From Octopus vulgaris (taxonomy: Eukaryota), in contig OX597814.1 in NCBI GenBank assembly GCA_951406725.2, positions 98,766,001-98,830,000 on the forward strand: a stretch of 64,000 nucleotides of DNA, in the 5' to 3' direction. A model generated the notes under the pieces. That model had not been told where the DNA came from. It saw nothing but the letters and a program-made list of their open reading frames with translations, and searched no databases. Below, in pieces: positions 12,587-27,054 of this stretch. Position numbers and translations under genes: made by a program. How positions within the stretch are numbered: the stretch's first letter is position 1; every line of letters begins with the position of its first letter.

Positions 12587-13724
12587 GTAATGCTAAAGCA
12601 ATACATATTTTGTGTTTAATATTTTGTATAAATACATTAAACAATGGGATAAATTACCATATTTGATGGCATAGATATACTAGATGCTCTCCAATTTTTC
12701 AGCAGCACATATTTCAGAGATAAAAGTTTTTAGTGCATTAAAGAATATAATGAAGGCCTAAATTTGCATATAAGAACCTGGGGCTATTTTACAACCCTTT
12801 AGTGTTCAGATTGCTATCTCAAATTTAATATTTATTAATTCTCATTGTCTTGAATTAATCATACATTATCTTGTAGCTTTGAGATATTTCAATGTAATGA
12901 TTGTATATTTTTAGAATTACATTGTGGTTGGCATTAGGAAAGGCATCCAGCTGTAGAAACCTTGCCAAATCAGATCAGAACCTGGTGCAGCTCCCTTGCT
13001 TACCAGTTTTCAGTCAAACTGTGCAAAACCCATGCCAGCATGGAAAGTGAATGTTAAATGATGATGTTGATTGTAGGGTAGGTGCAAGAGGCCAGATTTT
13101 GACATTTTGAGCATAAAACAGGTAGAATATTTGGGCCAGATATGACTGGTTTAAATGCTTAAGGGTTAAGATATTTTTTAATAAAAATTGCATCTTATAT
13201 GCCATTAAATATGGTAGTTAACATTTCAGGAAAGTAGGGCAGCAAGCTGACAGAATCGTGAGCATGTAGGGCAGCAAGCTGACAGAATCGTGAGCATGTA
13301 GTGGCATTTTGTCTGTCTTTATGTTCTGAGTTCAAATTCCAATGGGATCAGTTTTACCTTTCATTCGTTTGGGGGTTGATAAAATAACTACAAGTTCATC
13401 ACTGGGATCGGTGTAATCGACTAGCACACCCCACCGAAATTGCTGGCCTTGTGCCGAAATTTGCAGCTAATATTTCAGGAGGGTACCCTTTGTCAGAGAT
13501 GGGTATTACCTTTCACTCTTCAACAAAGGATACTGTGTTACATTAAACAGTTCCTCTTCCATTTGGTAAACTCATTTAGCTCCCATTGAACTTTTCATAT
13601 TCATTAATTACCAACATAGACCTTCACTAGTTTCCTTGGATCCTACTGTTTACTTTATCTAATAAGTGTATTTTACAACACTATGTTCTTCTCTAAATCT
13701 GATAATGTTCCTTTTCTGTTTTAG

Positions 13725-13769
13725 AGTGGAGATGATTTCAATAGCCAAGAGTGTATTAGTGGGAGGTGA
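13725..13769 (+). CDS. Candidate short terminal (or penultimate) coding exon of the same gene: SGDDFNSQECISGR*
   Basis: Strong acceptor (ctctaaatctgataatgttccttttctgttttag) in phase 0. It ends either at TGA 13767-13769 or at an AG|gtgacc donor. No homology support. Confidence 0.4.
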   Translation, partial: SGDDFNSQECISGR

Positions 13770-14179
13770 CCAGCATTTCAAGATAATTATCAATGGATGA
13801 TTTAAGGATTTAGTTTTCATGTATGTACTGATATAGTAAAGAAATAATGCATATTGGGAATGTGTGGTTAAATCACTCCTACACTATTTATACACAAGTC
13901 ACATTTTCTACTCTGTTTAGGCACTACCCACTGCTCTATTTACGCACAGTTTTCTGTTGTTTGTGTGAACACTTTAAAGTTTGGAAAGTCTTTGCTTAAA
14001 GATTTTGGGCATTTTATATACTGTCTTATATATATAGTACACAGGAAGTATATATTCTCTTAAGTTATTTGTATTCCCTTCACTATGTTTATTACCAAGC
14101 ACCTATGCATATCTTGTTCAAAAGAACCTCTACTCACTTCAAATCAACAAAGCCATTATTCTTCTGAATATTCCTTCCA

Positions 14180-15500
14180 TTCTCAAAACAATACACCTAA
14201 TTTCATTAAACTCTTCCCATTCTCTCTCTCTCTCTCTACAAAGATATATCCTGATTTTTAGAAACATACTATAGTGGATCCTTTTTCCCATGATGGCCAA
14301 TCTCTCTAACATTGCTAAATATCATTCTTTAGAACATACTTCCAACATCTCTGGTGTGATAGCAACAGCTGTTAAAAATAAATCTGATGGGCTCTTCTCC
14401 TCAATAAATTCAGTGAAACCTTTATTGGCCCCCTTAACTGCTGTAAAGTTTCCATCCATATTTGGTATGCAAATCCCTTGATAAAACTGTCTGCGTGCTT
14501 CATCCATCTCTTGTTTCTTGAATTAACAAGAGATCTCCATCAACAAATCACCATGGTGTGGGCTGATGGAGCTCTCTCAGAATCACAATCTATTAACTCT
14601 TGTATATCCCTGAGTTTGGTTTTGTACCACCTCACACATTTTTCTATGCATCAATGATCTCCTTGAGAATAACCTTCAACAAAGCCCACTCCTGTGTAGT
14701 GACACCTCCATTCATTCACCTCTAATTTTCCTCTGTACCCAGGCATCATCTGCATGCAATCTAGACCCCTCACACTTAACCTACACTGACTCAGAGACTG
14801 TGTAGACATTTTCAATAAAGCCATGCTGATTTTGTCTCTTTCACTATCGCAATGGTACCATTATTTTATATATCAAGAAAGGATAATTGTACCACCAGTA
14901 TGTTTAAACAGAATGCATTTAGAACAATCAATACTAATACAAATGCTAAGACTTACCATTACTGAGGATCTCTCCCGGCAAATGTTGGTCTACAACATTG
15001 CAAAGACTGGCTTTTCTCTACTGGGCCAGGATAGAAAATACACTCCCTCTGCCCAACAACTATTCATCCTCAACAAAGCTCAGCTTAGATTCACAATGGG
15101 TTACTATTCTCACATTTAGGATAGTGATGCTGCTACATACATGTTATTTTAGATTGCATAAAAAATCTGCTATTCACCTGATTGGTATGAGGTTGTTCGC
15201 TAACATCTGGCTCATAGTCATGGTATCTTCTCCATTTGCCTTTTATATTGCTACTTTTTAGAACTGACTAGTCTCATGTCATCTCCATTTAGGTCCATCA
15301 GACCTATTCCTCCCCTCTCACCATGCATATTGTGTCTTTCTTCTAGACCCTACATTAATTATTACACCTAGCCATTCCTTTTTAAAACATCAGCCCTCTG
15401 GGTAACCCTCACTGCACATGTTTTCGGACTGTTATTAACTTCAACTGTTCAAGAGGAATTTCAATTGCATTGCTCTCACTCGCTTGCACAGCTTCTGCAT
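14180..15500 (+). mobile_element. Highly degraded LINE (L2/Jockey/CR1 group) RT and 3' region
   Basis: Pyrimidine/C-rich composition, a remnant F(L)CINDL motif at ~14641-14665 and a remnant 3' 'HSFF...S.LW..L' segment near 15370-15410. Confidence 0.4.
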
Positions 15501-18500
15501 TCGGACAAAATTAATAAAAAATTATTTGTCTATAAAGCAAAATTAATTTGTTTCGATACTTATGGTTTTGAAACTGTAATAGTATGTTAAACGATAGTAT
15601 ACAAATCAGAAAGATGTATGTTGCTATTTTTGGGAATACTTAGAATCAGTGTCTTACAAACATTTAGTTAACATAGATTTTGATTTGAAAACAGTAAAAT
15701 TTTAAGAAGTTTGTTTGGAAATATAGACTTGATGGAATGTTCAAAATAGAAATATAATGGAAACTATACTGTGGAGAAATAATTCATTATCTTACAAATT
15801 TACTGTCAGTTATTTTAGTTGCAATTAAAGAATTTAATTCAACTGAGATTAAGTCAAATTAAGTCAATTAGGAGTTTGATTATGATTGATACAGATAATA
15901 CTGAGGTAAATTTCTTACATTATATTGTGTGCATTCAAATAAAAGTAAAATAGCTGAGTGGGTAGTTTATTAGACAAGTATTTCATCGGTCTTGAGTTGA
16001 AATCAATTGTAGACATATACATGTCTATATGAGATGTTTTCTCAAGGCAAATACTACAGTGTTGTGGCTTTCTTATTGTATATTCATCTTAAGTAAGATA
16101 TACCAAATGCTGTTCTGAACAAATATGGTTTCTGTTGCTAATAATGAACTTTTACCTGATGGCAGGCATTTTGGTATCTTACAGAAAGGACACTCGCTTC
16201 TAGATTTTTACTTTGTTTGTTATTATTGTTTAGCCTTATGTTAACCCTGATCAAATTAACTTTTCAATGATGTTCCAGCCCAAGAGTATTTTCCAGTGTA
16301 TTCTTCTTAACTTCAAGATGTTAAGTGGGATTTAGAGAGACTGTGTCACCAGTCTGGAAGTACTAAAAAGACAGGCATAGAAAATATTAGTTAAATTTTT
16401 GCTCCCCTACAAAAGTTATAGCATATTTGAAGAAGAAAAATTCAATTTTCCAATAACTTATTTATTGTTATTTTTTTATTGAACCACATAAAGTACAATT
16501 GATGAACAAACTGATCTAAAAATATAAGCTTTTTACTGAAATTTTGACTAAAAGAAAAACAACAAAAACCTATGATTAATGGAATCAGTCATTTTTTTAA
16601 ATATAAAATTCAATAACTATTTTTGTTCCTGTTTTTCTAATTTATGATTTTATAAAGAACATCTTGTGGTTTGCAATAGGCATGTCTGCCTATGGATTTA
16701 GGTGGTTCCTAGATTTTGTTTTGATGTACAAAAGAGAACTGAATCCATATGATGACAAATATGCTATTGCAAATAGAATGATGATACATTCTTTTGGTCG
16801 TAATCTCTTAAAGTTTAAATCTACATAGTTTTTGGTGTGCTTGGAAGAATAAAATTGTTTTTAAGAGTTACTAATTTCATTGTAAAAAGTGATATTAATG
16901 AGGTAAAGTATATATTTTCCCTCTTTACTGCCCCCATTGAAATATGATCTTGCACCCTTAGGGTTTGCAAGCAACCCATGTATAGTCAAACATAAACTAT
17001 TACAAATTCTTTGATATTAATAGATTTACTTTTTGAACTATGAAATGAAGTATTTTGATTATTATGGTTATAGTGTTTTCTTTTGTCTTTTCCCATTTAT
17101 TATAGAATAAAAAAAAGAGAGAGATGTTTGAAGACAACAAGTTGTTCCAGCCGTCAGAAAATTCATGGAATTTCTTGAGCATGGTTCCACCAAATTTTGA
17201 ATGAAAAATACTTTTATACTTCATGAGTACTCTTTATCTAGTAAGTTTATCAACAACCCCCATTGGTTAGCTGGATAAAATACAAGATTCCAGTTGTAAG
17301 TTTCTATCTTAAATGTAGTAATGTGCCCTTAGTTAAGGCACATAACTCTACCTTCTAAAACATCAACAAAATCTTTATAATGAAACACTCTGGAGTGGTT
17401 ACTCATTGTTTTCTTCAAGATCTTGGGAAATTAACAAATCATAATCTGTTACTGTTGCTAACAATGTGCCTATGAACTAAACACTTAACTTTCAACAACT
17501 GACTCTATCACCATCGGTCATATAATTGATTAGTGTAAACTGTGGCAGCCCTAACAGTGGTTCTGTGGTTGCCTAGCTAAGTTCATATTTCATTAGGGAA
17601 TAGCTGTCTGTGATAGTTCAGTGTCCTGACTATCCCAGTAGGTGAAGTGCAGAGGTCATAGAAATTTATTTCTCTCCTATTTAAAAGAATAAAAATGAAA
17701 GTATGCAACTAGTTCAACAGATTATTAACATTCAGAAAAGCACAACTTAACTTATCTACAACAAACAAACGAAACACTTGACAGTCATGCATTGCTCTTC
17801 TACTTATCTACATAGGGTGCTTATTTATATCAATGTTTATATGGTAATTGAAAGTGAAAATGCTGTGTAAGTCAAGAGAAATGAACTGTCATCCTTCAAA
17901 CTGAGAGATCTGTACACTTTCAAAATACCCAGCTGTGACTCCTTCTCACTCAACACACCTACTTAAAAAAAAGTCATATCTTTTATAGTTTTTATATAAT
18001 AGTTAGCATTAGCTAAAATATATTCTGCAAGTCATTTTTCATGATAGTAATTTCTAAAGGATAAAACGATTTTTTAGTATTTGTTTTAGTCTGTGCCATT
18101 AGAGAAAATGCTGCAGTGTGTTGGAGCTCATCTGAATTTTCATCAATAACACACAAATACAATTCAAATTCCTTCTTCATTATCATCCCACCTCAAAAAA
18201 AAAAAAACCAAAACAAACAAAAAACCCACATTGTATTCTGTCACTTTAAGTTTTTACTCTACAAATTTGAAATCAATCCAATGTTTTCTGGACCTTCCCC
18301 TTTCTCTCTAGCCACACACACACACACAAAAAAAAAACCCAAGCCCCTACAAAAATTTTGTCTCTGACCATTTAGGTGACTGTTTCAGGAAATGTTTTCA
18401 TATTTATCGGAACATCAGTAGTATGATGAAACCCATCTCGTAGCTTGACCTCCACTTGGCAGTGGCATAGCTAGAATGTGTGTCACTTGGGGCAGCCCCT

Positions 18501-18649
18501 AAGTTTGCTCCCAACTCCAGCTGGGCCTCCAGGCATATATAGGCTTTTACTAGCAAACCTAAAAGTGTCGCCCCCATAAAAACATCACTCTGGGTGGATT
18601 GCCCATGATCTACATTGTTATTTTTCAGCCTCTGTAGTGTCACCCAACA

Positions 18650-19125
18650 CCACAGATCATCTTATGCCTTACTTCCCTGGGTATGGATACATTGAAACTC
18701 TGACACCTGGCAGCTGACTTGGCAGACACCCATAAAATTATTAACCATCTTACAAACAATAACTCTGAGCACCTTTTCAAACTCCACCTATCAAACACCC
18801 GTGGACATGTTTACAAAGTCAGAAAACAGCACAGCTCCCATGACTTTCGGAAACATTTTTTCACGCTAAGAGTTGCTGAAGTATGGAACAAATTGCCAGC
18901 ATCAGTTGTTAGTTGTTGGAGGACTGCATCCTTCAAAACTTCCATGCTTCCTGAGATTCGCCAACACTACACCTGATTTTCTCCCATCCATACACACGCA
19001 AGCATGTATCTGACTCATACACTGTTCACTTTCCAGACATTTCTACATTACTGCATATGCTTTATATGCACTTTTGACAAGTTGTGGTGCACCTGAGCAC
19101 TGTATACAATAATTTCATTATATTT
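18650..19125 (+). mobile_element. CR1-clade LINE 3' fragment
   Basis: ORF 18719-18976 contains TRGH.YK.........RKHFFTLRVAEVWNKLPASVV....ASFK, the typical CR1 ORF2 C-terminus. Confidence 0.85.
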
Positions 19126-21267
19126 ATTTATTTTATCTTATATTTGAAAGCAAAAGGACTAATATGTTGCAAATCATATTCTGCTGGTGATACCATTCTG
19201 CTGGTGATACCATCAATGTGTCTTTTCTCTTCTTTAACAACTCTGTCTTTCTGTTGCTTTGGAAAGTTTAGAGTTGGAACTGCTTATGGCTGTGGTGAGC
19301 ATATATGAACTCGTAACCCTGTACAGACGTATCTCCTCCATTAGAACGCTCCATATCTTATTTTGTGCATGTCTATATGTAGATTTTTTTGTGTGTATCT
19401 ATATGTACATTTAAACATGCTTATAGGATTATATGACATCATGGATGATTCTAGCATGTCAGTGTTGTGTTATACTTAGAGCCAAAACAATCAACATTCA
19501 CTTAATTTGTTACTTTTTGCAACTTTCAGGTGTCAGTCTATTAATATTTCTAACTTGTTGCCTTCCTGCTTTTCACACACACGTGTGCACACACACACAC
19601 ACACATGATACATATGTATGAGTGTGTTTTGTTGGTTACACATTCACTGTTGCTCTACCAAGTACTTTGAGTCCAGATACATCTTCATCCATCTTATTTT
19701 CTACTTCTGTTTCGCAATTTCATTCTCAGCCATACAGCATAATTATTTTTATTTTGGCTATGTTTCAGTATTAATATATGACATCAGTCATGGGTGAACG
19801 TCTGTGCGAGTGTATATTTGACTTCTCAGTTTTTAAGTTTTTACTCTACAAATTTGAAATCAATCCAATGTTTCCTGGACCTTCCCCTTTCTCTCTAGCC
19901 ACACACAAAAAACTCCAAACCCCGATAAAAATTTTGTCTCTAACCATTTGGGTGACAAATGGTTGAGCAGAGAAAAGACAATCACTCACTCGCTCATGAC
20001 ATCAGTTACTTTTAGCGAAAGAATGCCGTTTTATTTTAAAAGTGTTGTGTGGTAAAAGTGAAAATGAACTTTCTTCTATGGCACAGATTTTTTTCTCCAA
20101 ATATTCATTAAGCTTGGGATCAGAAGTGGTCCGAATTGCTGGATTTACCCCTTTTTTTTATGAGCGCCCAAATATATCATTGAGATATACAATTATCTAT
20201 GAAAAGTAATGAATTAAATCATATTTTACAGATTCAAAAGAATACACTTCAAAAGCAGGGTCTGTCTGATATTTAACAGCCCATATAAAATTTTTTAAAT
20301 ATATCATACAGTACCATGTATACAGTACAATATTTATATGATGAAAAACGATGAGAAGTAAAGAACACGATTTTATTTAATAGATACAGCTACAAATTAA
20401 TACAATTCCAAAGTAGAGTATGATTAATCTTGATCAATCCACATAAAAAAGTAAGGATCAAAACTATTTTTAACGCATTACGAATAAATTATCCAACGTC
20501 AAAAACAGAGTCTTTTTACTCATTACAAGGAACATATTTCGCAGTGTTGCACGGATAAGAGTTCATATATCGTAAAAGAAATGCGGGGGGGTAACATAAT
20601 CAGAGGGGCATAAATTAATATTTATAAATTTAAGTTGCGTCCCTTGAAAGACTTTGTATATTCGAGTTGCCTCCCTTGCAATGTTTTTTTTCGTGTTTAT
20701 TTTTTTTCGCAATTTTTCTTTTAACGACTAATAAATTAAACTAAAATTTAAATGTTACAGTTATGTAATACTTCTAGTTATAAGTATACTTAACTTAGCA
20801 AGAATCTACATTTCTACTTTGGATTAACACTAACGTATTACAGAATTACAGTATGATTTTTTAAAACCTTATTTAAAACATCGAATCGGTACAAAGTAAC
20901 AAAACTTCATAAATTTTTCCATAATGCATTTAGCACTGTTGAATTGAATGCAATCACATTTGGAATTGGTTCAGCCGATACGTAGTAACGATATCTATTA
21001 ATCAAAATTCAATTCCAGCTAAGGACTTGCTTTTTTTTAATTTGTTGAAAAAAAAAAATCTTTTCCTTTTCCATGTGGAATATCTTCTATAATTTTACGT
21101 GTTCTGGCCATTGGAGTGCGGCCACGCTGGGGCACCATGTTGAAAGTTTTAGTCAAACAAATCGACACTAGTACTTATATTGTAAAAAGTTTGGTACTTA
21201 TTCTATTGGTTTTCTGCTGAACCGCTAGTTACGGGAACATGAACAAACCAGCACCGGTTGTTAATCG

Positions 21268-21531
21268 ATAATAAAAAAGTAAATGCGCCCTTTTAAAGCC
21301 TAGCCAGGCTCATGGGCCCGGTTTCCCGGCTTCTATGGCGTATGTGTTCCCTATCTGGACGGGACGCCAGTCCATCGCAGCGTTACTCATTTTTGCCAGC
21401 TGAGTGGACTGGAGCAATGTGAAATGAAGTGTTTTGCTCAAGAACACAACGCGTCGCCCGGTCCAGGAATCGAAACCACAATCTTACGATCATGATGCTG
21501 ACACCCTAAGCACTAAGCCACGCGCCTCCAC
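21268..21531 (-). mobile_element. tRNA-derived SINE (MetaSINE-like), nested in a degenerate family A SINE
   Basis: Head gtggaggcgcgtggcttagtg...ggtttcgattcc and central ctgcgatggactggcgtcccgtccag. TSD tgttaatcg at 21259-21267 and 21532-21540. Confidence 0.8.
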
Positions 21532-22026
21532 TGTTAATCGGTGGTGAGGTATAAATACAAAAAAAAAAAAAAAAACCCACATACACACACACACACACAC
21601 ACACATGTGACGGGCTTCGGCATAGTTTCAACCTCTCAAATTCACAATCAATCTGTCACCGAACACGAAACCACGTAGTAGCAAAGCGAACTTCTTAACT
21701 GTACAACCAGAAGATGTATCAGCCATTTGAGTCAACCCAATGTTAACAACAACAGTTCCCCAATCAGCTTGCAGCTAATAAAAAGAGCATGGAGAAAGGT
21801 GGAAGCGTCCACAGAAATAGTTGATGATCTTGAAAGATTAGAAGGTGACGTTCAACTGTCTGGAATAATTCATATAACTTTTTAAAAACTGAAGCGAGAA
21901 ATGAGAAATACAACTCTCACCAATTTTCAGCTGCTGATGTTGCTTCGTTAGCAATGTAAGCAAGAGTGCATTTTGATTCAAAAACCAATATAAGAGTTTA
22001 TTTCATGATATCTAATGCAGTATAAG

Positions 22027-22440
22027 TCGGCGAGCTGGAAGAAATGTTAGCACGCCGGACGAAATGCTTATCAGTATTTCGTCAGCCGTTACGTTCTGGG
22101 TTCAAATTCCGCCGAGGTCGACTTTGCCTTTCATCCTTTCGTGGTCGATTAAATAAGTACCAGTTACGCACTGGGGTCGATATAATCGACTTAATCCGTT
22201 TGTCTGTCCTTGTTTGTCCTCTGTGTTTAGCCCCTTGTGGGTAGTAAAGAAATAGGTATTTCGTCTGCCGTTATGTTCTGAGTTCAAATTCCGCCGAGGT
22301 CGACTTTGCCTTTCATGCTTTCGGGGTCGATAAATTAAGTACCAGTTACGCACTGGGGTCGATGTAATCGACTTAATCCCTTTGTCTGTCCTTGTTTGTC
22401 CCCTCTGTGTTTAACCCCTTGTGGGCAATAAAGAAATAGA
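22027..22440 (+). mobile_element. SINE family B, tandem (partial dimer) copy
   Basis: Head ggcgagctgg.agaa..gttagcacgccgg, followed by two ~180-bp units ending ccccttgtggg.a.taaagaaatag. Confidence 0.9.
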
Positions 22441-23356
22441 TATCTACTACAGTATAGTTTGTTCTAACAGAACATCCACATTTAAGTGGGAATAAATAGT
22501 ATCTCTCAGTATTAATACTGCCTCTGTCTCTGACATATATTTACTCTTCTCTTTTTACTCTTTTACTTGTTTCAGCCATGTGAGTGTGGTCATGCTGGAG
22601 CACCGCCTTTAGTCGAACAAATCGACCCCAGGACTTATTCTTTGTAAGCCTGGTACTTATTCTATCGGTCTCTTTGCCGAACCGCTAATCTTACGGGGAC
22701 ATAAACACACCAGCATCGGTTGTCAAGCGATGTCGGGGGGACAAACACAGACACACAAACACACACACACACAGATACATACATATATACGACGGGCTTC
22801 TTTCAGTTTCCATGCATTAGAGGGCTCATTTACCTACGTATAACACAGACTGCTATATTGACAACTATTTTGTTAGTTTACTCTTCAAAACACGCTAAAA
22901 AGAAATTTTGAAAAATTTGCTGATGAGAGTGATAAATGAAATCTGGAATATATAACCATTCTCTGAAACATGGGGCTTCACTCGTCGTTATCCTAATCGT
23001 TACCCCGGCTACTTTATTTCGAATTTTTATTCTTTATTCAGCTGATGAATCTCTTAGTATTACTGTCTTCGCTGTCTCCACACCCTATCTCTCTATGTCG
23101 TACGGTATTTATGGGTCCAATTGGCTACAGGATTTACTTTCGAATCCTTTGTTAGATCGAGTGAACATTCAAGTCGTAAACCATCTTAAAATTTAGATGC
23201 TAAGTTTGAGAATAAACAAATGAAAAAGGGAAAATGACTGTGATTTATAGTATAAGAAATGATGAATTCTGTATACAATTCAGTTGCAATCTAAATATCA
23301 TTTATTTCATCCGAGTCCTCTTTGATCTACTTGCCCATACTCACCAGTGACATATA

Positions 23357-23914
23357 CAGTAATATCTCACTCTACAAAAATCCGCTTTGCGAGAACCCGG
23401 GTCTACTAGTTTTATTTTACAATTAATATAAAGATCCAAATTTTTAACGATGTGCAAAAATTTCTACTACCACAACAAATGTTTCTGAGTGTTATCGAGA
23501 AATTTATAGAGAACGAAAAAAAGTTTCTTCAAAGCAAACAACTCTAGACTTCTTTTTAAAAAAGAAATCTACAAGTCCGTCTACGAGTGCTTGTGAATCG
23601 GCAATCGCGTCTGCAAGTGATGGTGGGCGAGAGTCTAGTGCAAATGAAAGTCATTCTGAAAACGATTATAATAAAAATATTTTTGTTTCATAAATGATAT
23701 TGACATATTTTTATTTTATTTTTCTTTACATTCTACTGTTGTTTTACTGCCATTTATTTACGAATATTATTAACTTTATTGGTAAAATATTTTTCAGGGA
23801 GCGAATTACGATTTATGACATTGCTACTATGGGAAATTATTGCTCTACTTTATGAGTTTTCGCTTTACGAATGGTGTCCGGGAACACATTAATTCGTATA
23901 TCGAGGCGATACTG
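23357..23914 (+). mobile_element. pogo/Tigger-type internally deleted DNA transposon
   Basis: TA|CAGTA...TACTG|TA termini with imperfect TIRs. Internal remnant SCYREIYRERKK..KQTTLDFF(F)KK is typical of a Tigger transposase C-terminus. Confidence 0.7.
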
Positions 23915-24099
23915 TATTCTTCATAAATTCTACTTCTACAGCAATGTTCTACGAGTCAGCCAGACAGAGCATCCGAATGAGTTAATAATCACACCTTAAT
24001 GTTTTAAAATGAAAGACACTTGATAAAGCAGTCTTAGATTAACAATGTGTCGAAAGGAAGTTAGAGTTCAGCTGGGTTTAAACAACTACGACAATGGCT

Positions 24100-25730
24100 C
24101 AAAAGCAAATAGCAAGGCCATGTAGGGGGACATGGAGTTAAGTACAGGGTGGTGTTCATGTAAAGAGTTCAGGCCACTTGAGGTCCAGGGAGGCTTTGAA
24201 CAAAGCGGTCGTCGGCATCTTCACCATCTCGTCTGGCAGCTTGTTCCACGGATCCGCAACCCGGACGGAGAAAGCTCCTCTCCTTCGATTGAGATGAAAT
24301 CGTCGCAGGTAGAGCTTTTCGGAATGACCCCGCAGCCGACGCTCTGGAGCAGGAGTGAAGAACAGCTCTTTCGAGAGGTTACACTTTCCGCTTATGATGT
24401 TGTGGGCGAGAATGAGATCACCACGGCGGCGGCGTTTTTCAAGAGAATAAAGGTCGAGCGTCCTCAGCCTTTCTTCGTAGGACAAATTTTTGAGACCATG
24501 AACCATGCGGGTAGCCAGCTTCTGGACTTTTTCGAGATGCTGTATGTCTTTGAGGAGATAAGGAGAAGAGGCTTGAATCCCATACTCCAATATGGGTCTC
24601 ACCAGCGTGACATAGAGTGGTAGGAATATGGCTGCTGTGAGCATTCCGAATGACCGTCGAATCAAGAACAGAATTCCGCGTGCTTTGTTGGCAGCATGGA
24701 CGCACTGGGCCGAAGGCGAAAAGGAGGAATCCACCAAGATACCCAGGTCCTTTACCTGATCGGTCCTCTCCAGCAGCAGACGACCCGGCTCGAAATCAAG
24801 TTGAGTTGCAGGAGTAGAGCCGACAGGCAGATGACAGCACTTTGACACGTTCAGACACAGGTCCCAATTGTTAGACCACTTCCAAATTTGGTGGAGGCAT
24901 CGACGAAGATCCTCTATATTACCGCGAGGAGCGACCAGTTTGATATCGTCGGCAAATAGAAGGGTGTGTTGCGTGAGGTCGTCGGGCAAGTCATTTATGA
25001 AGACTAAGAACAACAAGGGCCCAAGCACTGAACTTTGAGGCACGCCACTGCTCGCACTGGAGACGTCGGACCGCGAACCATTAACTTGGACTTGGAAGGA
25101 GCGATCTGAGAGGAAGGCACCAACCCATCGTATAATATCTGGATGGAAACTATATGCTTGAAGCTTGACAAGTAATAGGCGGTGGTTTACCGAGTCAAAA
25201 GCTTTGGCAAAGTCCAATAAAACGATGTCAACAGCATCACTATCATCGAGGATGCGCGTCACCAATTCTTCCATTACTAGTAAGTTGGTCAAGCATGATC
25301 TCTTCGGCACGAAGCCGTGTTGGGAATCAGAGATAGAGGCTGTGTTTAGGAGGTGGAGCATCATACTTTTCTTAAGGATGGTTTCGAACATCTTGCTGAT
25401 TATTGATGTAAGGAAACCGGTCGGTAGTTAAGCGGGTCTTCGCGACTCCCTTTCTTGAAAATTGGGCAGATTATCGCTGTTCTCCAGTCTGCAGGTATAA
25501 CACCCGTCGCCAATGACATATTGAATAGTCGTGTTAAGGGCTCGCAGATGACCGGAGCCAACGCTTTGATAACCCGTGGGTGTATGCCGTCAGGGCCGTG
25601 ACCCTTGTTGACATCGAGGCCTTGAATAACACGTTTGACTTCGTCCCGCGTGATGACCAATCGAAGCATTGGAGGTACCGATCTATCAAATGGAGGGGGT
25701 TCACGACCATCATCTTGTTTGAAAATACTT
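24100..25730 (-). mobile_element. CR1-clade LINE, 5'-truncated ORF2 (reverse transcriptase), one frameshift
   Basis: ORFs 25400-25669 (GPDGIHPRVIK...P.DW..A.I.PIFKKG....P.NYRPVSL) and 24156-25391 (QHGF...SC.TNLL, DFAKAFDSV.H, GVPQ.SVLGPLLFL.FINDL, FADD, RGDLI, LRGH, FS.RV...WN.LP). Confidence 0.95.
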
Positions 25731-25939
25731 ATTAAATACTTATGAATGTAGTATTTACAGAGTGTAGTATATACATTGCGGTTGCAACACCGAGCCCTGA
25801 ATAGAATTTACTTTGCAATTGCTGTACCTGGCTCTGCCTGCCTATCTCGTGTTGGTCTAGTCATCCACTTGTGAGCCAGCTGTGGACATAAAAAGCTCCA
25901 TTTCAAAAATCTTAGCAAAATTGAGTCGTAATAACGATT

Positions 25940-26320
25940 TCAAATTTTGACACGAGGCCTGCAATTTTGGAAGTATGGGGCGGTAAGTCGATTACATCGA
26001 CCCCAGTGGTCAACTGGTAGTGATTTTATCGATTCCGAAAGGATGGAAGGTAAAGTCGACCTCGGCGGAATTTGAACTCAGAACGTGTAAACGGACGAAA
26101 TACCTATTCTTTACTACCCACAAGGGGCTAAACACAGAGAGGACAAACAAGGACAGACAAACGGATTAAGTCGATTATATCGACCCCAGTGCGTAACTGG
26201 TACTTATTTAATCGACCCCGAAAAGATAAAAAGCAAAGTTGACCTCGGCGGAATTTGAACTCAGAACGTGAAAACGGACGAAATGCCGCTAAGCATTTTG
26301 CTCGAGCGTGCTAACGATCC
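25940..26320 (-). mobile_element. SINE family B, two abutting units
   Basis: Reverse complement of the 22027-22440 sequence. Confidence 0.85.
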
Positions 26321-26890
26321 TGTGAAATGATGATGACGATGGCAATGATGATGATGATGATGCTGCTGATGTTGATGATGATGATGATGACGATGATATA
26401 TATGAACTTTGTGTTGGATATAAGAACACACATTAAAAAAAAATAAAGCCACTGGAACGTGAAGACCGAATGTACCAGTTTGGATATCTTTCATAGAAAG
26501 CAACAACATAAAGCTTAAATACTCTTCTAATCTCATTGAAACTTACAGCTGCAGGAAATATTCCATTTAATTACTTCATAAAACACATGTTAAATTACAC
26601 CAATTACATTACATAATTTCCTACATTCTCTCTGACTGTAACGCAGTCACTGAATTTCATTTCATAAATTCGGTTTCTCCCGAATATTATAGTCAACAAA
26701 TAAATAGCACACAAGCCAACGAAACTTCTCTGCGTTTGATCGACCTACTTGAAACAACTACCAAATTCTCTTATGCCACATACTAATATCGTTGTACAGG
26801 ATGGATACATTGAACAATATAGTCCTCGCTCTCTCTCCCTTCCTCTCCTGCTCTGGAAAAAATAATACTCGAATATCGGAGGGAGAGTAA

Positions 26891-27054
26891 TATACTTTAT
26901 TAATAAAGCTGCAAAAGACATCACAAAAACTGTTGCTCAGAGTTTCATGTTCCCGTTCGTCGAACAGTTTTGATTACGATCCGATGAACGGGAACGTGAA
27001 ACTCTGAGTAACAGTTTTTGTGATGTCTTTGCAGCGTAATTAATAAAGTGTATA
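26891..27054. repeat. Inverted repeat of Penelope-type pLTR ends, each with a degenerate minimal hammerhead
   Basis: Arms gctgcaaaagacatcacaaaaactgttgctcagagtttcatgttcccgttcgtcg and ccgatgaacgggaacgtgaaactctgagtaacagtttttgtgatgtctttgcagc. Confidence 0.75.

Noticed and set aside
22918-22992. CTGATGA...GAAA as a hammerhead
   Set aside because: Stem II is out of register, and no stem III/UH triplet or stem I can be formed. At best it is a decayed remnant.
23395-23410. acccgggtctactagt as a Helitron 3' end
   Set aside because: The hairpin is incomplete, no matching 5' TC end was found, and it lies inside the Tigger-like relic.
24132-24705. ORFs 24132-24623(+) and 24439-24705(-)
   Set aside because: They are antisense or alternative frames of the CR1 reverse transcriptase.
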